Source: an uncultured bacterium (lineage in GTDB: Bacteria; Chloroflexota; UBA5177; JANWHV01). From it: DNA of 64,000 nt. Shown here in pieces: positions 1-9,999 of the stretch (within the stretch, counting starts at the first letter, position 1; the number at the start of each line of letters is the position of its first letter). The stretch is from the NCBI GenBank assembly GCA_963729625.1, contig CAVSOU010000008.1:576001-640000 (forward strand), given 5' to 3'. The position numbers and the translations under genes were made by a program. The notes under the pieces were generated by a model that was not told the DNA's origin, ran no database searches, and saw only the letters and a program-made list of their open reading frames with translations.

Positions 1-3000
1 GCCGGCCTCGTACTCGGCTTAATCGTGCCGGCGGCAAACGGCACATCCCAGGCATCAGCCGCCTCGGCCGGCGCCGGTGTCTCCGACCGTTCGACGGTTG
101 TCGACAGCGCCACCGGGCGGATGTATATCGTCTATGGCAATGTGCTGCACCTGGTGTCCACCCCTCAGGTGTTGACAGTGCTGGGCATCGCGGCATCGTC
201 CGCCGTGAAGCTCGACAGCACGCAGTTGGCGCAGCTGCAGGAAGGCGCACCGCTGACGCTGCGGGAGACCAACGGACAGACCGATCCGCTGTCGCCGGTG
301 GCGTCAGGCACGGCGTCGCTGACGCTCAGCACGGCGAGCGTGCCTGCCGGCGAGCCGTTCTCGGTGCAAGGGGCGGGATTCACGCCCTCAGAGCCGGTTC
401 AGCTCGTCTTCGACTTTGGGCAGGTAAGCAGCACGCTGCACGCGGATGCCACGGGCGTCTTCAGCGGGACGTTCGTCATGCCTGTCTCGGTAACGCCGGC
501 AATCATCCGCGTCTTTGCCTTTGGCGGGCTGAGCAAGATCATGGAAATCGAGCCGATTGCCGTACTCGAGAAAGAAGGTCCGCCGCACCTCACGGCAAGC
601 GCTGCCAAGCTCTACCCCGGGGACGGCGTCGGCGTGGCGGGAACCGGTTTTCAGCCGTACGAAACCGTCTCCATCTACTTCACCGCGGGCGGCACTTCCG
701 TGGAGACGGCCGCGGACGTGCGTGGCGCATTCACGGCGCAAACTGTGACCGCGCCGGCGACGATCTCGCCGGGCAGTCACAGCATCACGGCGAGCGGGAA
801 GACCAGCCATCACTCCACGAAGGTCTATGTCACGATTGTCGCGCGGCCGATCGTGAAAGCAAGCCTGGTCGTAAGCCCGGCCGAGACGCGTGCCGGGCAG
901 CCGATTGTGCTGAGCGGCGCTGGTTTCCTGGCCAATGAACTGGTGCACGTGCGGATTGGCGCGGCGCAGGCCTTCGACCTCCGTGCCGACGGCAACGGCG
1001 CGTTTCAGAATGTGCGGGTTTCGCTGAGCCAAAGTCTGGCGGCGGGAAAGGCCACCGTCAGCGCGACAGGCACGTCATCGCAGCGCAGCAGCATCGCCAC
1101 CCTGTCCATCGTGGCGCCGCTGCAGACGAACGCGATTCCGGCTGACGGCTCGCTCATCCGCGATCAGTCGACCGGCAGAGTCTACTTCATCTGGGGAAGC
1201 GTGCGCCACTGGATCGACAGCCCGGCTGTGCTTCAGACTCTCGGCTTCAGCAGCGCGAGTCCGGTGGATCTGCCTTCCGCGGCAGTGACTGCGATCAAGA
1301 ACGGCGCCACGTTAGGGCTGACGCTTGTCGACGGTCTCGTGTTCCCGCTTGCGCCCGTCAGCAACAGCGGTGCATCGCTCCGGCTATCGGAGCCATCCGA
1401 CACGCCCGGGAAAGTGTTTACCATTACCGGCTCGCGTTTCGCGCACTTCGAGGCCGTGCAGATCGTGTTCGCGGGAGCGGCGCAGGTCGTCGCTACCGAC
1501 GGCAGCGGCAACCTCACAGCGTCGCTCGTCGTCCCGGGCTCCGCGCAGCCAAACAGCGTGTTGCAGGTGATCGTGTTGGGCCAGGCCAGTCACGTATTCG
1601 CTATGGAACCGTTCAACGTGATCAACGCGCCGGCCACGGCGAGCCTCATCTCGCAGACGCCGAGCGTGCTCCAGGGCGCGCACGCAATCGTGAGCGGCAG
1701 TGGCTTTTTGCCAAACGAACAGGTGAACCTGTTCCTGGGCCAGACCGCATCGGCTGCGCCGGCGCAGGCGGATCAAAACGGTATCTTCTCGTCCGGCGCG
1801 CTGGTAGTGCCGCCATCACTGAGCGTGGGTTCGCACAGCCTCATGGCCTACGGCCTGTCCAGCAAGCGATTTGCTCAGGGCACCATTACTATCGTGAAAC
1901 CGTCGCTGAGCCCTCCTACGCTCTCTACGGATCGTACCAGCGTCAACCCGGGCAGCCTCGTGCAGGTGCGCGGCTACAACTTCGCGGCGCACGAGACCGT
2001 CCACGTGAGCTTCGGCTCGACACTGGTCCTCTCGTTGCAGAGCGGATCCAGCGGCCAGTTCGGTCCCGTGGGCATCACTATTCCCACCACCACGCCCGCC
2101 GGCAGCTACACACTCAGCGGCACTGGCGGCACATCTAATTCGACCGCGACGGTGACGCTGACGATCGTGGCCTACAACCCATCTATCAGCATCTCTCCGG
2201 TGTATGCGATTCCCGGCACGAGAATCGCCGTGGGCGGGAACGGCTACGCCGCGGGCGAAATCGTGACGCTGGCCCTGAACGGGCAGGCTCTGGCGACAAG
2301 CCCCGGCCAGATCAAGACCGGCCCAGCCGGCGCCTTCTCCGCGAGCTTCATCGTGCCGCCCACGGCGCTTGCCGGGGCGAACACCGTGGCGGCGTCGGGC
2401 GCCACGAGCCGAGCCTCGGCCACGATGGGTCTTGCCGTGAGTCTGCCGGTGCAGTCCACGTGGTATTTCGCGGGCGGGAACACGGCACCCGGATTCGACA
2501 CGGAGATCGCGCTGGTCAACCCAAATGGCGCGCCTACCAACGTCACCTTCTCGTTCATGTTTACGAGCGGGAGCCCCATGCCGTATTCGATGGTCGTGGG
2601 CGCCGATAGCCGGGCCACGGTCAACGTGGGCTCCATCGTGGGAGCGGGCCGTGCCGTCTTCACCATGCTGACCGCCGATCGCAAGATTGGCGCCTCGGAA
2701 ACGGTCTTCCGAAACGGCCAGGACTTCAGCTCGACGAGCGGCGCCAGCGCACCGTTGCGCACGTGGTATCTCGCAGAGGGCTATACGGGCCTCAGTTTCC
2801 ATGAGTACATCCGCATCTTCAATCCAGGCATCGGCCAGGCGCATGTCGACTTGCGCCTGCTGCCGTTCAATGGCCGTCCCGCCACCTCGCTCATCGAGCT
2901 GCTAGCGGCCCAGACGGGGACCATCGTCGACGTCAACGCGATCGAGTCTGGTCTCTCGCTGTCGGCGATCGTCAGCAGCGACCAGCCTGTCGTCGTGGAG

Positions 3001-3708
3001 CGGCTGATGACCTTCGGGCCTGGCGGCTACGGCGCCACCGAGCAGGTTGGCGCGTCGGCGCCATCCAGCACCTGGCTGTTTGCCGAAGGCTCTACAGTGA
3101 ACAACTTCGAGACGTATTACACGATTCTCAACCCGAGCTCATCGCAGCTCGCCGCGGTCACGGCGACGTTCTTTGACCAGGCCGGCAACGTGTTGGCGAA
3201 CACGACAGTGCTGATCAATCCGCTGCGACGCGGCAACATCAAGGTCAACGATCTGCTGCGCTCGAGCGGTATCGCCACGATCCTCACCTCAAACATCCCG
3301 GTGGTGGCAGAGCGGCCCCTCTACTTCGGATCGCCGAATTCGTCCACCGCTGGGTCGGGGGGCAGTGACGTATTCGGACGCAACGGCGGCGGCGTGAGTT
3401 GGCTTTTCCCCGAGGGGAATACCAGCGCAGGGTACACGGAGTTTCTTCTCCTCCAGAATCCCAGCGCGCGGCCTGCGCCGGTGACCGTCCGCTTCTTCGA
3501 AACCAACGGCCAGACCGTCGACTACGGCGTGACGCTGCCCGGGAAGAGCCGGACCACCGTCGACGTGCTGCGGAATGTTCCCACGCTGCCGCCAGGATTG
3601 CACGGATCGATCGTGCAGTCGACGAACGGCGTGCCGATCATCGCGGAACAGAGCATCTATAGCGACAACTTCACAAAAGGTGATGGCGAAGCTGGAATCT
3701 CACAATAG
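1..3708 (+). CDS. Large secreted/surface protein with ~7 Ig-like (IPT/TIG-like) repeats and C-terminal WYxAEG (DUF5719-like) repeats; 5' end lies outside the window
   Basis: Frame is open from base 1 (AGLVLGLIVP, signal-peptide-like). Seven G-x-G-F/Y-xxx-E-x-V repeats and four C-terminal W(Y/L)(F/L)(A/P)(E/G)G repeats. Confidence 0.8.
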   Translation, partial: AGLVLGLIVPAANGTSQASAASAGAGVSDRSTVVDSATGRMYIVYGNVLHLVSTPQVLTVLGIAASSAVKLDSTQLAQLQEGAPLTLRETNGQTDPLSPVASGTASLTLSTASVPAGEPFSVQGAGFTPSEPVQLVFDFGQVSSTLHADATGVFSGTFVMPVSVTPAIIRVFAFGGLSKIMEIEPIAVLEKEGPPHLTASAAKLYPGDGVGVAGTGFQPYETVSIYFTAGGTSVETAADVRGAFTAQTVTAPATISPGSHSITASGKTSHHSTKVYVTIVARPIVKASLVVSPAETRAGQPIVLSGAGFLANELVHVRIGAAQAFDLRADGNGAFQNVRVSLSQSLAAGKATVSATGTSSQRSSIATLSIVAPLQTNAIPADGSLIRDQSTGRVYFIWGSVRHWIDSPAVLQTLGFSSASPVDLPSAAVTAIKNGATLGLTLVDGLVFPLAPVSNSGASLRLSEPSDTPGKVFTITGSRFAHFEAVQIVFAGAAQVVATDGSGNLTASLVVPGSAQPNSVLQVIVLGQASHVFAMEPFNVINAPATASLISQTPSVLQGAHAIVSGSGFLPNEQVNLFLGQTASAAPAQADQNGIFSSGALVVPPSLSVGSHSLMAYGLSSKRFAQGTITIVKPSLSPPTLSTDRTSVNPGSLVQVRGYNFAAHETVHVSFGSTLVLSLQSGSSGQFGPVGITIPTTTPAGSYTLSGTGGTSNSTATVTLTIVAYNPSISISPVYAIPGTRIAVGGNGYAAGEIVTLALNGQALATSPGQIKTGPAGAFSASFIVPPTALAGANTVAASGATSRASATMGLAVSLPVQSTWYFAGGNTAPGFDTEIALVNPNGAPTNVTFSFMFTSGSPMPYSMVVGADSRATVNVGSIVGAGRAVFTMLTADRKIGASETVFRNGQDFSSTSGASAPLRTWYLAEGYTGLSFHEYIRIFNPGIGQAHVDLRLLPFNGRPATSLIELLAAQTGTIVDVNAIESGLSLSAIVSSDQPVVVERLMTFGPGGYGATEQVGASAPSSTWLFAEGSTVNNFETYYTILNPSSSQLAAVTATFFDQAGNVLANTTVLINPLRRGNIKVNDLLRSSGIATILTSNIPVVAERPLYFGSPNSSTAGSGGSDVFGRNGGGVSWLFPEGNTSAGYTEFLLLQNPSARPAPVTVRFFETNGQTVDYGVTLPGKSRTTVDVLRNVPTLPPGLHGSIVQSTNGVPIIAEQSIYSDNFTKGDGEAGISQ

Positions 3709-3728
3709 ACCTAGCGAAGGGACCACGG

Positions 3729-6689
3729 ATGCATCAATCGCCGACCGTGTGGCTGCGCATCGCCGCGCTGGCAGCAGTCTGCACGCTGCCCTGTATGGAC
3801 CCGGCGAAGGCCGCATCGGCATTCGCACAAGCTCAGCCTGCCGCGGCTGTCGTGACTGTGACGACAAGCGCCCCGGCGGGACGCTACACGGTCGGCCAGC
3901 CGATCTCTGTCACCGTCTTGGAAAGCAATCCCAGCCAGTCCGAGCGCATCTACAGTCGCACCGAGTACCTGCTGGACTACTTTGGCAATGCTACCACCGT
4001 CGTCTCCGATACCATCGCCCTGGCAGCCGGCGAGAACTTGTCCAGCCCGGTCTCCGTTCCGATCGCGGGCTCCGGGTACTACGAGTATCACGTGACCCTC
4101 ACCGACCAGGCCACGCAGCAGCAGGTCACCGCCTTCGCGCCCATCGGCATAACTCGGCCGCAACCGGCAGGACTTGACCCGCAGTCGGCGTTCGGGATCA
4201 ACGGTACTCTGACCGAGGCCTATGGGACGAACGCCGCTGCCATGGCAAGCACGGCACAACTCATGGCGCAAGCGGGCATACGCTACGATCGCGAAGAGCT
4301 GCGCTGGGATCGCATCGAGCCGCACGCGGGCAGCGGTCAGTTCAACTTCGCGGCGACGGACGCGGCGATTGCAGCCGCGCACAACGCCGGCATTCAGGTG
4401 CTGGGATTGATCGACTACTGGGGCAGTCTGCCGCAGCCTGACACGACCGTCACCGTCACCGGCAGTTACACCATCACCGGTTGCAGCAAGACTCCAGCCT
4501 GCGCGTATACGCCGGCGGGTGACGCCATGTTCGCGAATTACGCGGCCGCCGTCGTCCATCGCTATATGCCCGGCGGCGCCCTCGCCACCCAGCAGGGCTG
4601 GGGAAACAGCTACGGTATCACGAATTGGGAAGTCTGGAACGAGCCTTCCACGCAGGCGTTCTGGCGGCACGATCTCACGGACTATGTCGCGCTCTTCGGC
4701 GGCCTCTACAAGGCCGCTTCGGTCGCCGTCCGGCAGGCCGATCCGAGCGCCAACGCGACGTATGACGAGAGCGGAACCGCCATCGACGCCGCGGTCAAGG
4801 CCGCGGGAGGAGTCTCGCAAATCCTGAGCGTGCACAGCTACAGTGGAGGGCTCGATCCCGACGCCGCGCTCAGCTCGCCCACGCTTCCCCGCGGCGGGCA
4901 GGGCACGGCGCCGGCGGCGATCGGCGCTATTGTCGCCCAGGGCTTGCCCGTGTGGATCACGGAGACCGGGTATCCGACCGACGGTACCGTGACCGCGCGC
5001 CAGCAGGCAGAGTACCTGGTGCGATCGTACGTGGACTTCCAGGCGCAGGGCGTCAAGAAGACCTTTTGGTTCAAGTTCCGTGAGGATGCCCCCGGGGGTG
5101 ACAACCTCTACGGAATAACCAGCCAGAACGGCGCTCTCAAGCCCGCATACGTGGCGTACTCCACCATGGCCCAGCACTTGCAGGACGCGACGTTCGTCTC
5201 CTCGGCCCAGGTTGGCACCGCGGTCCGCGCGTATCTTTACAGCCTGGTCGACGGTTCGACGGAAGCAGTGCTGTGGAGCACCGCGGAGAACGGCGCCATG
5301 ACCATTCCAGCCGGCAGTGGGGCCGCGATGAGCGCCGACGACATCATGGACAATCCGACCGGGCAGCTGACCGCGGCCGGGCTGACGTTGCCGCTCTCCG
5401 GCGACCCGGTGTTTCTCACCGTCAAGGGTATGGCGGCGGCCCAGATCAAGAACGCGCTCGAGCAGGCGCAGGTCACCGGCATCAACCCGGTCGGCTCCGT
5501 CGTGAGCATGGCGCCCGGACTGAGCAATGGTTTGCCGAACCTCAATGTGACGGTGTCCGCTCGCATCGACGTAGCGATTTCCGGCACGGTCGCGCTCAGC
5601 TTGCCGGTCGGCTGGGTCGCGCCGGTGGTGAGCAAGCGATTCGCCCTGCTGCAGCCCGGCCAGTCCACGTCGCTGAGCTTTCGCCTGAATGCGGAGGTTA
5701 ACCACCCGGACGACCATGTTGGCGCGACGGCTATCGCAACCACCGGCATCTCGAATACCGCCCGCATACCGGTGGCAGAGTATGCATTGACCTATGGCCA
5801 TCCGGCCATTGACGGCACGCTGGCGACCTGGGCCACGGCGTCGGAGGCCAGCTTGATCGAGCTGCGGCCCGACCAGATTGTGGGCATTCCCGGCTGGACG
5901 CCACAGAATCTCTCGGCGCGGATTTACACCATGTGGGACGAGCAGCACTTCTACTTCGCGGCCGACGTGAAGGACGAGACGTTCGACTATGCCCCGATCG
6001 GTTTCAACATGTACAAGGGCGACTCGATCCAGTTTGGCTGGGCAATGGATCCCGATGCCTGGCTGCGCAACGCGGGCAAGGGCAGGACAAACGTGGCGGT
6101 CGGCCTCACGCACCAGGGCCCGGCCAACTTTCAGTACAACCTCCTCGGTCCCTGGGTGGACATGAAGCAACAGATCGAGCCCGATCCTGCCAGCGGCGAT
6201 CTCATCTACACGGTAGCGGTCCCTTGGAGCCGCCTGGCCAAGTACGTACCGAAGATCGGCAAGCAGTTCGCCTTCGACGCGATCATCAACCAGAACGAAC
6301 ACGGGGTCCGGATCGGCTGGATACAGGTTACGCCTGGTATGGGCATCGGCTTCTATCCCTCGCAGTTTCCCCTGTGGAGCATAATCGGAAGCAACCCGGC
6401 TGCCGGTCTGCGGCTCGGCGGGCTGGTGGCGCCGGACCAGGGCGCGACCTCGTTCACGCTGCCCACGGCGCACGGCCAGCTGGTGATTCACAATGGAGGC
6501 ATGCGGACGATCTCGCTGCAGATCGACGGCGCGCCGCTCGTTCTCGGTCCCGCTGGGATCACGCTGGCGCCATCGGGCGATACCAGCGTGGACATTTCGC
6601 GCTACGTGCATGCCGGCACGAACACGGTGAGCGCCAGCGCCGTGGGCGTCACGAGAGCAGGGGCGGCGGTGCTCGCATTCTTCCAGTAG
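3729..6689 (+). CDS. Secreted clan GH-A glycoside hydrolase (GH39/GH5-like) with NEW3-like and CBM9-like domains
   Basis: Signal peptide ending AKA-A; acid/base VWNEP; nucleophile VWITETG; CBM9-like IDG..W / WDEQHFYFAADVKD / GDSIQF / YTVAVPW. Confidence 0.8.
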   Translation: MHQSPTVWLRIAALAAVCTLPCMDPAKAASAFAQAQPAAAVVTVTTSAPAGRYTVGQPISVTVLESNPSQSERIYSRTEYLLDYFGNATTVVSDTIALAAGENLSSPVSVPIAGSGYYEYHVTLTDQATQQQVTAFAPIGITRPQPAGLDPQSAFGINGTLTEAYGTNAAAMASTAQLMAQAGIRYDREELRWDRIEPHAGSGQFNFAATDAAIAAAHNAGIQVLGLIDYWGSLPQPDTTVTVTGSYTITGCSKTPACAYTPAGDAMFANYAAAVVHRYMPGGALATQQGWGNSYGITNWEVWNEPSTQAFWRHDLTDYVALFGGLYKAASVAVRQADPSANATYDESGTAIDAAVKAAGGVSQILSVHSYSGGLDPDAALSSPTLPRGGQGTAPAAIGAIVAQGLPVWITETGYPTDGTVTARQQAEYLVRSYVDFQAQGVKKTFWFKFREDAPGGDNLYGITSQNGALKPAYVAYSTMAQHLQDATFVSSAQVGTAVRAYLYSLVDGSTEAVLWSTAENGAMTIPAGSGAAMSADDIMDNPTGQLTAAGLTLPLSGDPVFLTVKGMAAAQIKNALEQAQVTGINPVGSVVSMAPGLSNGLPNLNVTVSARIDVAISGTVALSLPVGWVAPVVSKRFALLQPGQSTSLSFRLNAEVNHPDDHVGATAIATTGISNTARIPVAEYALTYGHPAIDGTLATWATASEASLIELRPDQIVGIPGWTPQNLSARIYTMWDEQHFYFAADVKDETFDYAPIGFNMYKGDSIQFGWAMDPDAWLRNAGKGRTNVAVGLTHQGPANFQYNLLGPWVDMKQQIEPDPASGDLIYTVAVPWSRLAKYVPKIGKQFAFDAIINQNEHGVRIGWIQVTPGMGIGFYPSQFPLWSIIGSNPAAGLRLGGLVAPDQGATSFTLPTAHGQLVIHNGGMRTISLQIDGAPLVLGPAGITLAPSGDTSVDISRYVHAGTNTVSASAVGVTRAGAAVLAFFQ

Positions 6690-6790
6690 GGGACGGGTGG
6701 CTGCTCCCAGCTTGGTCGGCCCGGCGTGCTAGAATGTGCTTGGGATCAGTGCAATTGCAAGTGCTCGCATCAGAGCCTGAGAGCCGTGGA

Positions 6791-9181
6791 ATGGGTATAC
6801 GCGCGCAGCCTGCCACCTTCGCGGACCTGCTCCAGCGCTACCGTCGGGCGGCAGGTCTGACGCAGGAGGAGCTGGCGGAGCGCGCACACCTGAGTGCCCG
6901 CGGCATCAGTAATCTGGAGCGCGGCGTGCGCCGCCTGCCGCGGCGAGATACCGTCCGCCTGTTGATCGAGGCGCTGTCGCTGCCGGCCGAGGAACGTGCG
7001 TTTCTGGAAGGCGCATCGCGTAGCCTGGGTGAGCCGGCGATCGTGTCGCTGCCGGCCGATCATGACGAACACACTGCTGTCGCCGTTCCAACCAATCTGC
7101 CGCTCGCACTTACCAGTTTCGTCGGGCGTGAGCGAGAACTGGCAGCGATATGGCGCCTGCTTGGCGAGACCCGGCTGCTCACCTTGACCGGCGCCGGAGG
7201 ATGTGGCAAGACTCGGCTCGCCCTGGAGGCGGCGCGAGAGCTGACTCGCCAACCGAACCCTGGGTCGACGTACGCTGACGGCATCTGGCTGGTCGAGCTG
7301 GCCCCTCTGAGCTCGGCGGCCGCGGCCTTATTGGCAGTCGCGTCAGTGTTGGGCGTACGAGAGAGGCCCGGACGGCCCCTGTTGGAGAGCCTGTCCGCCT
7401 TCCTTTGTTCCAAGCAGGTTCTCCTGATCCTGGACAACTGTGAGCACCTGCTGGACGCCTGCGCCGCGCTGGCCGAAGGCGTGCTGCGCGTATGCCCGCA
7501 GCTGACGATCCTGGCCACCAGCCGGGAAGCGCTGGGCATCGGAGGCGAGCAGACCCTGCGAGTGCCCTCGCTCCGCTTGCCCGACTCCAGTGTGCGGCCC
7601 AGTACCGAACAGGCACTGGCGTGCGAAGCAGTGCGACTGTTCGTGCAGCGGGCGCACGTGGCGCGCTCGGAGCTCACGCTGACCGCGCAGCATGTCGCGA
7701 TGATCGAGGAGATCTGCCGGAGGCTGGATGGCATTCCACTCGCGCTCGAGCTGGCGGCCGCTCGGCTCTCAGCCCTCTCGATCGACCAGCTGTCGACGCG
7801 GCTGCATGACCGGTTTCACCTGCTGACCGGCGGCAGCCGCACCGCGTTGCCGCGCCAGCAGACGCTCAGGGCCACGCTCGACTGGAGCTATGATTTGCTG
7901 AGCAGGCCGGAACGCCTGCTCTTCCGGCGCCTCTCGGTGTTCGCCGGCGGCTGGACGCTCGAAGCGGCGGAGGCGATCTGTGAAGACCGCGACCTCCTGC
8001 AGGAGCAGACACTGGATCTGCTAGCAGGGCTGGTCGCAAAATCGATCGTGCTGCTGGACGATGCCAACGCAGGTGCGCGCTACCAGCTGCTGGAGACGGT
8101 GCGGCAGTACGGGCACGAGAGGCTGGCGGCGGCAGGGGAAGCGCCGAGACAGATGAGCCGCCATCTAGATTGGTACGCACACCTGGCGGAGCTGGCTGCG
8201 CAGGGAATGGGTGGGGCAGCGCGAGAGCAGTGGCTGGAACGGCTCGAGGTGGAACTGGAAAACCTCAGGACCGCCCTGCTCTGGAGCAGGCTCGACGAGG
8301 GTCGTTATGAAGCAGGATTGCGGCTGGTCGCGTCGCTTGAGGACTTCTGGTACCAGCGCGGGTACGCAAGTGAGGGCCGGCGGTGGCTGGAGGATCTGCT
8401 GGCACGTGCGAGTTCGGCTTCGATGGCCTTACGGGCACGCGCGCTCGAAGTGTTAGGTTTGCTGACCCACTACCAGGGCGAGGAGTCTCAGGCACTGGCA
8501 CTCTTCGAGTCGGCATATATCCTGCACAGCTCCGCTGGGAACGAGCGCGGAGCGGCATGGGCCCTTTCTCACCAGGGGCTGGCGGCGATCTACCTGGGCG
8601 ATCTCGAGTGCGCGAAGGCGCTCCTTGAACAGGCTCTGCCCGCGCATCAGGCGCACGGCGACCGGCATGGCGTCGCCTGGATACTGAACTACCAGGCGCA
8701 GATTCAGCAGCTACAGGGCCATTACACGCGCTCGGCCGCCCTCTATGAGGAGAGCCTGCAGGTGTTCCGTGTTTTGGGCGACAGGTTCGGTATCAGCGAC
8801 CAGCTTGGTCATCTGGGCAACGTCGCGCGGGAGCTGGGCGACTTCCCTGAGGCAAAGCGGCTCTTTCAGGAGAGCCTCCAGGTACTTCGCGCCATCATGG
8901 ACAAGCCGGGCTTTGCCAAATGCTTCGAGGGCCTGGCAATGACAGCAGCGGCCGAGGGGCAGCCGGAGCGCGCTGCACGGCTCATGGCCGCCGCGCATTG
9001 CCTGCGCGAGGCCATCGGGACGCCCATGGAAGTAGTAGACCGTATAGCCTGCGAGCGCACCCTGGCCGATGTCCATGCCTCGTTGGGCGAGGAAGCGTTC
9101 GCGGCCGCGTGGGCGGAGGGAGAGGCGACAACGCTGGAGGAGGCCACGGCAGAGGCGCTGGAGCTCGAGGCAGGCCTGTGA
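6791..9181 (+). CDS. XRE-HTH / STAND (AfsR-like NB-ARC) ATPase / TPR regulator
   Basis: FADLLQRYRRAAGLTQEELAERA HTH; Walker A GAGGCGKT; Walker B LLILDNCEH; GIPLALELAA; TPRs. Start taken at ATG 6791 rather than 5933. Confidence 0.88.
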   Translation: MGIRAQPATFADLLQRYRRAAGLTQEELAERAHLSARGISNLERGVRRLPRRDTVRLLIEALSLPAEERAFLEGASRSLGEPAIVSLPADHDEHTAVAVPTNLPLALTSFVGRERELAAIWRLLGETRLLTLTGAGGCGKTRLALEAARELTRQPNPGSTYADGIWLVELAPLSSAAAALLAVASVLGVRERPGRPLLESLSAFLCSKQVLLILDNCEHLLDACAALAEGVLRVCPQLTILATSREALGIGGEQTLRVPSLRLPDSSVRPSTEQALACEAVRLFVQRAHVARSELTLTAQHVAMIEEICRRLDGIPLALELAAARLSALSIDQLSTRLHDRFHLLTGGSRTALPRQQTLRATLDWSYDLLSRPERLLFRRLSVFAGGWTLEAAEAICEDRDLLQEQTLDLLAGLVAKSIVLLDDANAGARYQLLETVRQYGHERLAAAGEAPRQMSRHLDWYAHLAELAAQGMGGAAREQWLERLEVELENLRTALLWSRLDEGRYEAGLRLVASLEDFWYQRGYASEGRRWLEDLLARASSASMALRARALEVLGLLTHYQGEESQALALFESAYILHSSAGNERGAAWALSHQGLAAIYLGDLECAKALLEQALPAHQAHGDRHGVAWILNYQAQIQQLQGHYTRSAALYEESLQVFRVLGDRFGISDQLGHLGNVARELGDFPEAKRLFQESLQVLRAIMDKPGFAKCFEGLAMTAAAEGQPERAARLMAAAHCLREAIGTPMEVVDRIACERTLADVHASLGEEAFAAAWAEGEATTLEEATAEALELEAGL

Positions 9182-9258
9182 CGTGCCTGAAACGCCGGCA
9201 TATTCCATGTAAACCGCGCGACATCACTGCATGAAGGGAGCAGAAACAGCCGGCCTGA

Positions 9259-9726
9259 TTACCCGTGCAACTGCCTTGCCAGCTGGGCGCAGTGGATCGT
9301 GTCATGAGCGACGATGTGGATAGTAAGGCCGGCGATGGTAATCGTCCCCTGCTCCGCGTGGCACCCCGTCCTGGCCCACCCCGACGCATCGAGCGCGGCA
9401 AGGTCGGCGGTGTACTCGGCGCGAAGGCGGATGAAGGTCCGCAGCGCCTCGTGCAGATCGGCCTGCCGGTAGTTCCGGTCGCGTGCCCACTGCTCCTGGT
9501 CGTAGCCGGCCAAGAACGGGTCATCCTGGTCGCGCATGGCGCGCATGCGCTCGATGGTGCGCTCCTCCGCATCCCGGAGGTGACAGACGACCTCGACGAC
9601 CGACCAGCCCTCGTCTCCGCCCCGCGATGCGCGGGCGCGATCCTGTGTTACGCCACGCAGCAAACCTTCCAGGCAGGCCGGCGCGGCCTGCAGCGCGTCA
9701 ATCAGGTCCCTCGATTGGTCATACAT
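9259..9726 (-). CDS. DinB family protein
   Basis: WSVVEVVCHLRDAE and HDTIHCAQL His motifs. Confidence 0.85.
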   Translation of the reverse strand: MYDQSRDLIDALQAAPACLEGLLRGVTQDRARASRGGDEGWSVVEVVCHLRDAEERTIERMRAMRDQDDPFLAGYDQEQWARDRNYRQADLHEALRTFIRLRAEYTADLAALDASGWARTGCHAEQGTITIAGLTIHIVAHDTIHCAQLARQLHG

Positions 9727-9999
9727 CGCTGGTCGCTCCTAGCACACTGGCGGCCCGTCTCGACGCGCATCCGCGCGCCCGCAAGGACACCCACATTGTA
9801 GAACGGCAAGACCATATCGGTCTCGCTTGCTCATGGTGGCCGCCACGAGATCAGATGCGCGACCGTCCGTTTTCAGCTGTTTACGCCGCTGCAGTATCAC
9901 CAGTATGCTAGGGATAGAGGATGGGTGATAGGTATCGACACCGTCCATCTCGGCAGGTGAAGCCGGGGGCATGCAGCCTAGAGAAAAGGGGGAAAGACA

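Noticed and set aside
3711-6611. 966-aa antisense ORF over the glycosidase
   Set aside because: Shadow frame typical of high-GC genes, with no motifs. The same applies to other long antisense ORFs such as 39422-40801, 45210-46718 and 46687-48246.
5933-6790. N-terminal extension of the XRE-STAND ORF
   Set aside because: Overlaps the glycosidase in another frame with Arg/Pro-rich nonsense; the HTH starts after ATG 6791.
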